Virus record (IMG/VR): IMGVR_UViG_3300017741_002088 | Location: 1-52,467 of that record | DNA from: a virus | Taxonomy: Duplodnaviria > Caudoviricetes | Length of the DNA stretch: 52,467 nt | Direction: 5' to 3' (one strand) | Shown: positions 36,806 through 46,213 of the stretch, piece by piece | How positions within the stretch are numbered: position 1 is the first letter of the stretch | How the letters are laid out: each line of letters begins with the position of its first letter | Translations under genes and position numbers: made by a program | Notes under the pieces: generated by a model | What the model saw: only the letters and a program-made list of their open reading frames with translations | What the model was told of the DNA's origin: nothing | Databases searched by the model: none

Positions 36806-37721
36806 CGTATCTACATTCAAAAACATATTTGATAACAAACCCAAGATGATCGAGTTTACGGACTTTGATCATTTTGAGTCTGTTCTATACAAAATGTCTG
36901 AAAAGAAAATGCCGAGTAAGAAAGATGCGTTTCTTATTTCACCTGCAGTTTATGCTTCGGGTGATACACGTGCAAATAAAAACGTTCTACATTGGGGTGG
37001 TTGGGTTGCCTTAGATGTTGACGATTATATGTTTGAAGGAGAACTCAAAGATGCAATTCGCACTGCAACTGGTAACTGGCGTTGCATTTGTTATAGCACT
37101 GCCAGCAGCACTGAGTCTGTACCAAAGTTTAGACTTGTCTTCCCGATATCGCGCGAAGTACAAAATGATGAGATCTCTGCTTTTAACAGCGCAATACAAA
37201 AGGCACTCGGAAATATCGGAGACGAACAGACTAAGGACTTGTCTCGAATGTATTACATTCCTGCAAGTTATGATGGTGCTTACAACTTTATCTTCTCTCT
37301 TGATGGCGATATTATTGATCCTACAGCATTGATGAGTAAATATCCCTATGCGGAAAAAACAAACCTAAACAACTTCTTTGATCGGTTGCCCGAAGAAATG
37401 CAATCTCAAATAATTGAACATCGTAAATCAAAGATGGAGAACACTAGTTATCACTGGACGTCGTATCGCGACTGCCCTTTCTTTCCTCGTAAACTTGAGG
37501 CAGAGTATCGTACCATATCAAACACTGGTTGGTATGCTAAGATGTTTTCAATTATGGTATCACTCGCTGGTAATGCGATCAAGAAAGAATATCCCATAAC
37601 CGCTGGAGAGATCGCAGTTATGTGTAAAGAATTTGATGCCGAGACAGGTAATTGGTATGCCAACCGACCTATGGATAAAGAAGCGGATCGAGCGATAGAA
37701 TTCGTTTACAAAAATATGTGA
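36795..37721 (+). CDS. Primase-like protein (AEP/PrimPol superfamily)
   Basis: ALDVDD, YST.S, PKFRLVFP, D..TKDLSRMYY.P. Confidence 0.7.
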   Translation: MSLNVSTFKNIFDNKPKMIEFTDFDHFESVLYKMSEKKMPSKKDAFLISPAVYASGDTRANKNVLHWGGWVALDVDDYMFEGELKDAIRTATGNWRCICYSTASSTESVPKFRLVFPISREVQNDEISAFNSAIQKALGNIGDEQTKDLSRMYYIPASYDGAYNFIFSLDGDIIDPTALMSKYPYAEKTNLNNFFDRLPEEMQSQIIEHRKSKMENTSYHWTSYRDCPFFPRKLEAEYRTISNTGWYAKMFSIMVSLAGNAIKKEYPITAGEIAVMCKEFDAETGNWYANRPMDKEADRAIEFVYKNM

Positions 37722-37749
37722 TTTTTTTTCATTTTGATTGTTTTTTTCC

Positions 37750-37778
37750 TTTACTTCTTCTCAAATGTATGATATAAT
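37750..37778 (+). promoter_or_regulatory. Early promoter
   Basis: TTTACT-N17-TATAAT with T-rich upstream element. Confidence 0.75.
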
Positions 37779-37815
37779 CTATGTATAAAATGAGAGATGA
37801 ACTGAGGAGTTTCAA

Positions 37816-38076
37816 ATGACTATCCATACTACACCAATCAAAGATACTGGTATTGACTTTCTTTCCGCTGTAAACGGTGGACTTGAACTTTCTAATAGCG
37901 GACGTTCTACAGTTTTTTGGTCAAAGTCAGTTTCTGATATTGTTGAGTTTGTTCGTGAAGTTGGATTAGCAGATCACGTTTATGCTTCATCTACTATGGA
38001 CTTCGCTTCTGAAGAAGGTTTCGCTGATGATGACGGTGCAAACGAAATGTGGACCCAAGTTGTGGAGGCACTATAA
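37816..38076 (+). CDS. Hypothetical protein
   Basis: GAGGAG RBS; SSTMDFA.E.GF motif. Confidence 0.65.
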   Translation: MTIHTTPIKDTGIDFLSAVNGGLELSNSGRSTVFWSKSVSDIVEFVREVGLADHVYASSTMDFASEEGFADDDGANEMWTQVVEAL

Positions 38077-38078
38077 TT

Positions 38079-38225
38079 ATGGATTATGATACAACTGAAG
38101 AAATCAAATTTTTAGGTATGACTATGACTGAGTTTCAAACTACTCCGATTCATAGGTATGATGATGAAGAAGATTGTAATTGTTATGGTTGCGCAACAAT
38201 GAGGCATCGTTGTTTAAATGACTAA
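38079..38225 (+). CDS. Small hypothetical protein (48 aa, CxCxxC)
   Basis: GGAGG RBS; MDYDTTEE...DCNCYGCATMRHRCLND. Confidence 0.45.
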   Translation: MDYDTTEEIKFLGMTMTEFQTTPIHRYDDEEDCNCYGCATMRHRCLND

Positions 38226-38898
38226 ACTTCCCACATCGGCATTTATGCGTCAACTTGGAAAGTATGTTTATTGCTTCACTAAGACTGATAACTACAAAGA
38301 TGCATACTATGGCGGAAAAAGCGGATTTACAGCAACTGGAACTCGTTGCTTAGATCACATTAAAGACAAGGGATATGACTACGATGATATCATGATCATC
38401 GCTAGGAATCTCGAAACATTTGACAATCGACCAGAAGAGTTATTAGAATCCTGGTTGATTATGACTGAAGATTTTGATGACAATAAAAAAAGTGGTTCAC
38501 ACAAGGAGTGTTTTATTATGGGTAAGTTAAGTTTTCTTTTTTCACAGCACGAAGCATTGCAACGTAATATGTTGACAGAGGGTCCACGCTATGTCCTCGA
38601 TAATGAAGATGCGCTTTCAAATCGTAATTCTGTCACTGGCACCAAATCTAGTTACAAAATTGGTTCTTCTGCAATCAAGTCTTGTTACATCAATATTGAA
38701 TTGAATTCAACTAAAGAGTTTCCAGTTGTTCATTTTAGTAATAATAAAGATGTGAAAGAGTTTCAAAAGATAGCACAACCTGCATTTGCTGAAGAATATC
38801 CTGACCTTGAGGTTCGTAAGAACACATATGGGTTTGAAGTAGACACTGAATCATTTGAACAAGCACTTGAGATGTGGGATGAGTTTCACAGATCGTAG
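38218..38898 (+). CDS. Hypothetical protein, possible GIY-YIG-like nuclease domain
   Basis: YVY...YYGGK...R...H...E..LI...N spacing. Confidence 0.4.
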   Translation: MTKLPTSAFMRQLGKYVYCFTKTDNYKDAYYGGKSGFTATGTRCLDHIKDKGYDYDDIMIIARNLETFDNRPEELLESWLIMTEDFDDNKKSGSHKECFIMGKLSFLFSQHEALQRNMLTEGPRYVLDNEDALSNRNSVTGTKSSYKIGSSAIKSCYINIELNSTKEFPVVHFSNNKDVKEFQKIAQPAFAEEYPDLEVRKNTYGFEVDTESFEQALEMWDEFHRS

Positions 38899-38907
38899 AA
38901 AAATTCC

Positions 38908-38936
38908 TTTGCATAAATACCAGATTATGATATAAT
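38908..38936 (+). promoter_or_regulatory. Promoter of the modification operon
   Basis: TTTGCA-N17-TATAAT. Confidence 0.65.
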
Positions 38937-38955
38937 ACTAATACAGGAGAATTGT

Positions 38956-40311
38956 ATGAGTAATTTCGAAGTAACAACAGTCGATGGCGTGAGAACTATA
39001 ACCGCCAAAAAGAAATTTGATTGTGAGCATCTACTCAATGAGTTTATGACTGACGATCATTATGACATCGTGATTGATGGCGATACAGATTTTTATGCTC
39101 CACCTATTGCAACAATTGATGGTGCATTCAATAATGAATCTAATCTAGGATTTCGTTTTCGTAAAAACGTTTTCACCAAAGAAGAAATGGAAGGTGCGTA
39201 TGAAGGTTTGTTAGATGCAGCGACATCAACAAACAACCGTGGCACTTCAACTGGTCAAATTGGTGTACAACGTCAAGGAAACCGCGATTGGGTTTATCCG
39301 TGGCAGTTTGATATTATGAAAATGATCCAGCATGGACGTCTTGATGATAAAACTCCACAGGATGTGATGGATGAATATGTTGCTAAGTGGGGTGATCTAG
39401 AGTTTCATTGGGATAAACGTGGTGCTCTTTGGCATCGTGGTAAAATCACCCAAGCAGGATATGACTATGATAATTTCTTTATGAATCAATTCGAATCAGG
39501 ATTGACTTCAGAAAAGATCGCTGAACTTAAAACGTTCATCCCAGATACTATGTACACCGCAAGTATCTACTCAGGAATCGCAGGTTTCTATGATCGTTAT
39601 CCTCGGATCCCATATGGTCGTGCAACTAACTTTACCGAATCAAATATGGATAAGTTTGCGAAAGCATACCCATATATGCGTAGACTGAATGCTTTGTTTG
39701 CTGAACTTGTTCCTCAACGATATGCTAAACAAAAGAAAGTCGCTGAGTCAATTGACAAACGATTCGTTGTTGCTGAGGATACTGCATTCTCAACTATTAC
39801 AGTCAACAAGAACTATCGTACGACTGCGCATCGAGATGGAGCAAACTATACTCCTGGATTCTCTAACCTGTCAACAGTGACTAAAGGTGACATCGGTTGG
39901 GAAGGTGGACTGTTTGTTCTTCCGGAATATCGTGTTGCTATCAACTTGCGTCCTGGTGATGCTCTATTGGTTGATAACGCTGGAATCATTCATGGTAATA
40001 CTGAAATGATCCCACCATCAGGTTTGGACATTGAAGATATGGAACGCATCTCTATGGTGTCATATATGCGTGACGGTATGCAGTCTCTTCGCTCAAAAGA
40101 ATATGAAGATGCTCGTCGCGAATATGTTACCGATCGTTCACGCAACAAAGATCACCCACTATGGCGTGAACGTTGGAATGGTGTGTCCGAAGGTATGTGG
40201 GCAGAAGATGAATGGTTAGAATTTCTTAATTCTAAAAACTTAACAGACGAAGATGGTGTAGTCGGGACTGCAAAAACTGATTCTCCCAACTCATTAGAGG
40301 AATTCTTCTAA
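38956..40311 (+). CDS. TET/JBP-family 2OG-Fe(II) dioxygenase
   Basis: FSTITVNKNYRT.AHRD (HxD), GG.FVLPEYRVA..L.PGD.LL, HGNT, RIS.VSY.R. Confidence 0.8.
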   Translation: MSNFEVTTVDGVRTITAKKKFDCEHLLNEFMTDDHYDIVIDGDTDFYAPPIATIDGAFNNESNLGFRFRKNVFTKEEMEGAYEGLLDAATSTNNRGTSTGQIGVQRQGNRDWVYPWQFDIMKMIQHGRLDDKTPQDVMDEYVAKWGDLEFHWDKRGALWHRGKITQAGYDYDNFFMNQFESGLTSEKIAELKTFIPDTMYTASIYSGIAGFYDRYPRIPYGRATNFTESNMDKFAKAYPYMRRLNALFAELVPQRYAKQKKVAESIDKRFVVAEDTAFSTITVNKNYRTTAHRDGANYTPGFSNLSTVTKGDIGWEGGLFVLPEYRVAINLRPGDALLVDNAGIIHGNTEMIPPSGLDIEDMERISMVSYMRDGMQSLRSKEYEDARREYVTDRSRNKDHPLWRERWNGVSEGMWAEDEWLEFLNSKNLTDEDGVVGTAKTDSPNSLEEFF

Positions 40312-40907
40312 TGTGCGCAGTCCTTGGGGTCTCGGGAAAGATCGACAGTCAAGTGATCCGTCGACTTTTTCTCGAGTCCCAGATTCGTGGTAGGCATGCC
40401 ACAGGAGTATCGTACTACAAGGAAGGCAAAGTTCATACGATAAAAGAACCTTTGCCTGCCGAGAAGTTTTTAGAGAAACACGACCCAAAAGATTGGTACG
40501 AGGGAGATGAAATTGTTATGATTGGACACTGTAGATATTCTACATCTGATCTTGAATTCAATCAACCCATCGCTAATGATCAATCAAGCATTGTACATAA
40601 CGGTGTGATCTCACAAGAGATGCCTGACCGTTGGAAACAACTGTACAATATTGATTGTGAAACTCGTAACGATACGGAACTTCTTTTCCATAGTAGTCCA
40701 GAAGATTGGCCAGATGCATCTATTGCTGCAGTTTTTCTTACAGGAAAAGAAATGACGTGGACTCGTAATGGAAAACGACCTTTATGGTTTACTTCTCTTG
40801 AAGAATGTGATATAATAACTTCTACAAATGACATTGCAGTTCGTGCTGGTTTATCGAACTCAGTCAAGACATATTATGACGGAAACGATCTACAAAATGA
40901 TTATTGA
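40311..40907 (+). CDS. Class II (Ntn) glutamine amidotransferase domain protein
   Basis: N-terminal MC, RG.HATG, GHCRYST, NQP, HNGVI, ND(T)E, RPL. Confidence 0.85.
   Translation: MCAVLGVSGKIDSQVIRRLFLESQIRGRHATGVSYYKEGKVHTIKEPLPAEKFLEKHDPKDWYEGDEIVMIGHCRYSTSDLEFNQPIANDQSSIVHNGVISQEMPDRWKQLYNIDCETRNDTELLFHSSPEDWPDASIAAVFLTGKEMTWTRNGKRPLWFTSLEECDIITSTNDIAVRAGLSNSVKTYYDGNDLQNDY
40788..40816 (+). promoter_or_regulatory. Internal promoter within the amidotransferase gene
   Basis: TTTACT-N17-TATAAT. Confidence 0.65.
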
Positions 40908-41553
40908 GAAAATTGATCAACAAGAACTTGAGGATACTCTTGCTCGTAAATTAGAAGAGAATGATGGCGCCAAACTAAACAACATGAATGGTTTGTATCA
41001 TTTGAAACAAACATGTTATGAGTGGGGCATGGAAAACAACTGGCAATCTCCCAGAGCGCAGCAGTGGGTAGCACGCAATGATGAAGGTACTATCATGGGC
41101 GGCACATTTATCACTGTCACCTCGCGCAAACCAGTTCATGTCACCTTTCGCCACATCTTTCTATTTGAAGAAGCAAGAGGTCATGGTGTCGCAGAGACGC
41201 TGTACAATTGGCGGTATCGCTGGGTCATTGAAAACACCCAGTGTAGACGTGTCAGATTGTTTGCGAATAAACCTGCGACACCATGGCATAATAAATGCGG
41301 AATGCGTTTCTTAGGGATGAATAAAGCAAAACAACCTTTTACATATCTGCCTTTATTCGATTGCCCATCTATGCGTGACTATGGAGCAAAACTAGATTCA
41401 ATTGGTCCACGAGCAGCAATGGATATGGTAGAACCTGAAGTCACTAAGCAAGTCGAAAAGATTGTGAGTAAAGGTGGTCGTTGGTACACTCAAGAAGAAT
41501 TCAAGAGTGAATGGGGATCTGAACTAGAAGAAAGGTTTGAACCCTTTGCTTGA
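40897..41553 (+). CDS. GNAT-like acyltransferase
   Basis: EEARGHGVA..L acetyl-CoA motif A; N..A..W..KCGM motif B. Confidence 0.65.
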   Translation: MIIEKIDQQELEDTLARKLEENDGAKLNNMNGLYHLKQTCYEWGMENNWQSPRAQQWVARNDEGTIMGGTFITVTSRKPVHVTFRHIFLFEEARGHGVAETLYNWRYRWVIENTQCRRVRLFANKPATPWHNKCGMRFLGMNKAKQPFTYLPLFDCPSMRDYGAKLDSIGPRAAMDMVEPEVTKQVEKIVSKGGRWYTQEEFKSEWGSELEERFEPFA

Positions 41554-42538
41554 TCGTCGCGAATTGTTTGTTCGATGGTATGGTTGGTCTCTTGAATACA
41601 AAGATGTTGATCCTGCAGTTTGGTTGACCAATTACCTGCATAAACGATACGAACATAATGAAGAACAACGATACTGGTTGGCGTGGTTATATGGAAACAC
41701 ATATTACCTGCCAACAAGTTGGGTCTTGATGAATGAGTTTCCTGACTTTGAACTTGCGACTTATGATAGAATAAAAGACTGGAACGACCACAACTATACG
41801 CGACTTCGATATCAAACTGACACCAAATGGTCAAAAGGTCATTTGCCTGAGATGTTTAAATCCTATAAAGAGATGATCGGTAACAAGACCCAAAAGGAAT
41901 TCTTTGATGGGTTTGATGGTTTCGATGATCTCTTTGATCATGTAAAAACTAAACAATTCAAATTCGGTAGATACTCAACTTGGTTTTATTTGCAACATCT
42001 AGAGGGAACCTGCGGCATGCGCCACATCAACCCGAAGACTTTGTTGTTAAATGATCGTAGTGGAAGTCGAAGTCATCGAAATGGATTGTGTATGGCATTG
42101 AAAAAAGATGACTGGTATGATAAAAAATTAGACAAAAGTCAGATAGATATATTAGAAGGAATGGGTGCTGATATCTTAACCGAGATGTCAGATCGTTTTC
42201 CGAAGCATAAGAATGAAGTGAATGCATTTACTATGGAAACTGCACTTTGTTCTTTTAAGAAGATCTTTCGTAAACATCACGGAAGATATCTCGGATACTA
42301 TCTTGATCGCCAAGCAGAGGAGATCACTAAAGTGTCTAAAGATGGTTGGAACGGTATTGAGTGGAATGTACTTTGGCAAGCAAGGTCAGAATCACTCGAT
42401 AAAAGATTAACATCTAAGGGTGGCATTATCAAAGACAAATTTGATACATTTGTCGATACTGGATCACTAGATAGGATAGAATGGATGTTCACAGATATCC
42501 AGAAAAGTCCTTCACCTTTAGACAATTTTATGATATAA
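41537..42538 (+). CDS. Amino acid:DNA transferase-like protein (aGPT-Pplase2 family, HhH glycosylase-like fold)
   Basis: D.DP, EQRYW.AWLYG.TY, FGRYS.WFYLQ, ET.LC.FKK, RY.GYY.DR; genomic context. Confidence 0.7.
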   Translation: MNPLLDRRELFVRWYGWSLEYKDVDPAVWLTNYLHKRYEHNEEQRYWLAWLYGNTYYLPTSWVLMNEFPDFELATYDRIKDWNDHNYTRLRYQTDTKWSKGHLPEMFKSYKEMIGNKTQKEFFDGFDGFDDLFDHVKTKQFKFGRYSTWFYLQHLEGTCGMRHINPKTLLLNDRSGSRSHRNGLCMALKKDDWYDKKLDKSQIDILEGMGADILTEMSDRFPKHKNEVNAFTMETALCSFKKIFRKHHGRYLGYYLDRQAEEITKVSKDGWNGIEWNVLWQARSESLDKRLTSKGGIIKDKFDTFVDTGSLDRIEWMFTDIQKSPSPLDNFMI

Positions 42539-42545
42539 TGATACT

Positions 42546-43094
42546 ATGAATAAATTACTCGCAATAATTGGTGCTCCAGGAACTGGTAAGACAACCCTCG
42601 TTCGTGAGTGGATGAAGTCACGAAAATGGTCAAAGGATAAACCAGTTGATCTTCTCGACACTCATGTATCGGACGATATTCGGTTGCTTGGTAAATATGA
42701 GCATGATTCTCTCTTCAGCGGTACAGATAAACTGTCTATGGCAGTACAACCGAAAGCAGTAGAATATCTAGACAACCCATCCCCTGTAACTATATTTGAA
42801 GGCGATCGACTGACTTCGATTAAATTCTTTGAAGCAGCGCAGTCAAAAGGATTTGAAATTAAAATCATTCAACTCACTGTTCCCGATGAAGTTAGAGAAC
42901 AACGTTACAAAGAACGTGGTTCAGAACAAAACCCAACTTGGTTGAATGGCAGATTGACAAAAGTTAAAAATGTTTCAAATGCCTTTTCCGGAAACCCTCT
43001 GTTCGATGAACCGAGCATAGTAGAGGAGTGTGAGCATAAAACTCCTGAAGATACAAAATCAATCATAACAATCATTGAGGATTTTATAAAATGA
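42546..43094 (+). CDS. P-loop nucleotide kinase of the type found in base-hypermodification loci
   Basis: GAPGTGKTT, LGKY, F.GTD.LSM, EGDRL, R..ERGS.Q. Confidence 0.75.
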   Translation: MNKLLAIIGAPGTGKTTLVREWMKSRKWSKDKPVDLLDTHVSDDIRLLGKYEHDSLFSGTDKLSMAVQPKAVEYLDNPSPVTIFEGDRLTSIKFFEAAQSKGFEIKIIQLTVPDEVREQRYKERGSEQNPTWLNGRLTKVKNVSNAFSGNPLFDEPSIVEECEHKTPEDTKSIITIIEDFIK

Positions 43095-43900
43095 AGATAG
43101 CGATTATTGGACATGGGTTTGTTGGCAAAGCAGTAGATTATGGATTCTCCCATCCGGAGATCCAAAAGATTATTATCGATCCAATTTATGGGTCTAAGAT
43201 TGATAAACGAATTAAAAACTGCCAGTTTATATTTGTTAGTGTACCAACTCCTATGGGAGATGATGGTACGATTGATGACTCTATCCTTCGTGAAGTAATT
43301 AAAGACATCGAGAAGTATAGTCACAACTCGATTATCATTGTCAAAAGCACAGTCATCCCTGAAGTGATCGCTAACCTATCAGATCGTATCGTTTACAATC
43401 CAGAGTTTCTCACAGAGAAAAGCGCAAACGAACAGTTTGTAAATCCTGTGTTTCATATTCTAGGAGGGCATCCTGCTGACTGTACGATGGTCGCAGACTT
43501 CTACGATAAGTATTCGCTATGTAATCACACAGATTTTTATTGTATGACAATTGAAGAAGCATCCTTCACTAAGTATGCCATCAATTGTTTTCTAGCAACT
43601 AAGGTTCTTTTCTTTAATCAGTTGTATGATGCTGCATTAAAAGAAAACAATGTAAACTTCAGCGTTGTCGCAAAAACCGTTGGAGCAGACCCACGCATAA
43701 CACCATCCCATACAAAGGTGCCAGGATTTGATGGTAAACAGGGTTTCGGTGGTGCGTGTTTCCCCAAAGATGTGTCAGCATTTCTTGCTGCATATCCAGA
43801 GATGGGAATCCTTGATTTCGTAAAGAAAACTAATAATGACTATCGGAATCAATATGAAAAGGATTCTCGTGAAATAGAACAAAACATAGATTTTGCTTAA
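43091..43900 (+). CDS. UDP-glucose/GDP-mannose dehydrogenase family protein
   Basis: GHGFVG, VPTP, KST, NPEFL, K...N.FLA.K, GFGGACFPKD. Confidence 0.9.
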   Translation: MKIAIIGHGFVGKAVDYGFSHPEIQKIIIDPIYGSKIDKRIKNCQFIFVSVPTPMGDDGTIDDSILREVIKDIEKYSHNSIIIVKSTVIPEVIANLSDRIVYNPEFLTEKSANEQFVNPVFHILGGHPADCTMVADFYDKYSLCNHTDFYCMTIEEASFTKYAINCFLATKVLFFNQLYDAALKENNVNFSVVAKTVGADPRITPSHTKVPGFDGKQGFGGACFPKDVSAFLAAYPEMGILDFVKKTNNDYRNQYEKDSREIEQNIDFA

Positions 43901-43912
43901 TGGAGGCATTAA

Positions 43913-44074
43913 ATGTCAGCAACTCAAGAATGGATTAAAGAGCAGTTCACTAAAGATTCACCAAGAATCATTACTGAATATTCGTTACAAAAACAAGTCG
44001 ACGATCTTTTAACTCGAGTAAAACAACTTGAAACTGATATGGCGTATAGTGTGAAACCAGAGGAAAGAACTTGA
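43913..44074 (+). CDS. Small hypothetical coiled-coil protein (53 aa, not in ORF track)
   Basis: GGAGG RBS; MSATQEWIKEQF...; overlaps next start. Confidence 0.6.
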   Translation: MSATQEWIKEQFTKDSPRIITEYSLQKQVDDLLTRVKQLETDMAYSVKPEERT

Positions 44075-44817
44075 GTATTATAATCACGGGATCCGATGGG
44101 TTTATCGGATCCCATTTAACTAAGCATTTCGAAGCAAAAGACATTGAAGTTATACCGTGGGACATCAAGAATGGTGGCACCCAAGATATTCATAACCTGT
44201 TCATTCCCCCAGATGTCACCTTTGTTATTCACCTTGCAGCAATCGCTGACGTTCGAAGAAGTATTCGTGAACCAGATATCTATTGGGAACAAAATGTTCT
44301 AGGAACTAAACATGTTCAAGAGAAATGTGCACAAAAAGATATTCCTTTGTTATATGCTTCATCCTCTTGCGTCCATGCGTGGGGCAAAAGTCCATACGGT
44401 ATGTCAAAGAAAGTAAATGAATTGACTGCGCAACCTGAACAAATTGGAATGAGGTTTACTACAGTCTATGGTGATGGTGCGCGAGACTCTATGTTCATAG
44501 GTAAGTTACAAAGGGGTGAGATAGAATATGTGACAACACACATTCGTGACTTCATCCATGTTTCCGATGTGATTCAAGCGATTGAATTGTTGATGGATAA
44601 CTATGCAACGCTTGAAGAATATTCTTATAACATAGGAACAGGAGTTGGTAATGAAGTTCGTAAACTCGGTGAACTAAATAATTTTTATGGACCAGTCAAA
44701 TCAGGTCATGAATGCGAAGCACTTGATAACACTGCAGACAATTCAGCAATAAGAAAACTAGGATGGAAACAAACAGTTTTTGTTGACGAATATATCAATA
44801 AAGGGTTTACTTTATAG
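44071..44817 (+). CDS. NAD-dependent epimerase/dehydratase
   Basis: TGSDGFIG, HLAA, ASSS, YGMSK, RDFIHV.D. Confidence 0.9.
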   Translation: MSIIITGSDGFIGSHLTKHFEAKDIEVIPWDIKNGGTQDIHNLFIPPDVTFVIHLAAIADVRRSIREPDIYWEQNVLGTKHVQEKCAQKDIPLLYASSSCVHAWGKSPYGMSKKVNELTAQPEQIGMRFTTVYGDGARDSMFIGKLQRGEIEYVTTHIRDFIHVSDVIQAIELLMDNYATLEEYSYNIGTGVGNEVRKLGELNNFYGPVKSGHECEALDNTADNSAIRKLGWKQTVFVDEYINKGFTL

Positions 44818-44834
44818 ATGAAATGTGATATAAT
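44806..44834 (+). promoter_or_regulatory. Promoter of uvsX
   Basis: TTTACT-N17-TATAAT. Confidence 0.7.
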
Positions 44835-44861
44835 ACTGTCACAAATTGATTAGGAGACATT

Positions 44862-45905
44862 ATGAGCATAATGGATAAACTGAAGAAAAACAGTAAGGTT
44901 TCGCACACCTCTGTTTTATCTGAATCAAAATTCTTTAACGAGAAAGATATGGTTCCAACAAACGTGCCTATGATGAATGTTGCATTGTCAGGTTCGCTTG
45001 ACGGAGGACTTGCTCCTGGACTAACAGTCCTTGCTGGTCCATCTAAACATTTCAAAACATCATTCGCCTTAATTATGGCAGCAGCATATCTTCGTAAGTA
45101 TGAAGATTCTGTAATTCTTTTTTATGATTCTGAGTTTGGTTCACCACAATCTTACTTTGAACAATATGGTATTGACACTGATCGTGTACTTCATACTCCA
45201 ATCACAAACGTTGAAGAATTGAAGTTTGATCTTATTGGTCAACTTGAAGGTCTTGAACGAAATGATAAAGTTGTCGTTGTCATCGACTCGGTCGGTAACT
45301 TAGCATCTAAAAAAGAACTCGAGGATGCAATCAATGAAAAATCAGTAGCAGATATGTCACGTGCAAAAGCACTTAAAGGTCTGTTCCGGATGAGTACTCC
45401 ATATCTTAATATGAAGAACATTCCATTGATTGCTGTTAATCACACATACAAAGAGATTGGACTGTTCCCTAAAGATATTGTCTCAGGTGGAACAGGTATC
45501 TACTACTCAGCGGATAACATCTGGATTCTTGGTAGACAGCAAGATAAAAAGAGTGGTGAGATTAAGGGATATCACTTTGTAATCAACGTGGAGAAATCGC
45601 GTTATGTCAAAGAAAAGTCTAAAATTCCTATTTCTGTTTCTTGGGATGGTGGGGTCTCTACTCATAGTGGTCTCCTCGATGTCGCTTTGGCAGGTAATTA
45701 TGTCGCTAAACCTAGCAATGGTTGGTATTGCCGTGTCGATCGAGATACTGGAGAACTTCTCGACCCAAAGGTTCGGGAATCAGATACACTCGAACCATCG
45801 TTCTGGGAACCAATCTTGGAGGGGACAGATTTCAAGAACTATGTCAACGAGAAATTCTCTATCGGTGGAACTATATCTAATGAACTCGAACTTGAAGAAG
45901 CATGA
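44862..45905 (+). CDS. uvsX: RecA-like recombinase UvsX
   Basis: AGPSKHFKT, YDSEFG, DSVGNLAS, NHTY, SGGTG..YSAD, KSR. Confidence 0.95.
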   Translation: MSIMDKLKKNSKVSHTSVLSESKFFNEKDMVPTNVPMMNVALSGSLDGGLAPGLTVLAGPSKHFKTSFALIMAAAYLRKYEDSVILFYDSEFGSPQSYFEQYGIDTDRVLHTPITNVEELKFDLIGQLEGLERNDKVVVVIDSVGNLASKKELEDAINEKSVADMSRAKALKGLFRMSTPYLNMKNIPLIAVNHTYKEIGLFPKDIVSGGTGIYYSADNIWILGRQQDKKSGEIKGYHFVINVEKSRYVKEKSKIPISVSWDGGVSTHSGLLDVALAGNYVAKPSNGWYCRVDRDTGELLDPKVRESDTLEPSFWEPILEGTDFKNYVNEKFSIGGTISNELELEEA

Positions 45906-46209
45906 GGAAAACGTAACATATGAATTCATTCCTGGTCAAGATGAAGATGATCAGGCATGGAACATTCGTATCCTCGAAGGAATGTATAGCGAAACAATAA
46001 TTCAGTATGGAGCAATTGCTTTCAACGAAACAGAGCAGGGTGTGATGACATTTAATTACAACATCATCTCATCTCCTGATACTGACTTGACCGAAGCAGA
46101 CCTCTCATTACAAGAATGCGTTGGCGATATATTACAAGAAATCATTCGTGCTAGTATTGAAGCGGATGATGGAACTATTGCGATGCGCGAAGCATCAGAT
46201 AAGGAATAA
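45880..46209 (+). CDS. Hypothetical acidic protein
   Basis: Downstream part of ORF 45604-46209, beyond the uvsX overlap. Confidence 0.6.
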   Translation: MNSNLKKHEENVTYEFIPGQDEDDQAWNIRILEGMYSETIIQYGAIAFNETEQGVMTFNYNIISSPDTDLTEADLSLQECVGDILQEIIRASIEADDGTIAMREASDKE

Positions 46210-46213
46210 CATT

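Noticed and set aside
45604-45879. N-terminal extension of the 201-aa ORF overlapping uvsX (likewise extensions at 30141, 31035, 36038, 46121)
   Set aside because: Longest-ORF artefacts; better starts lie at the gene junctions
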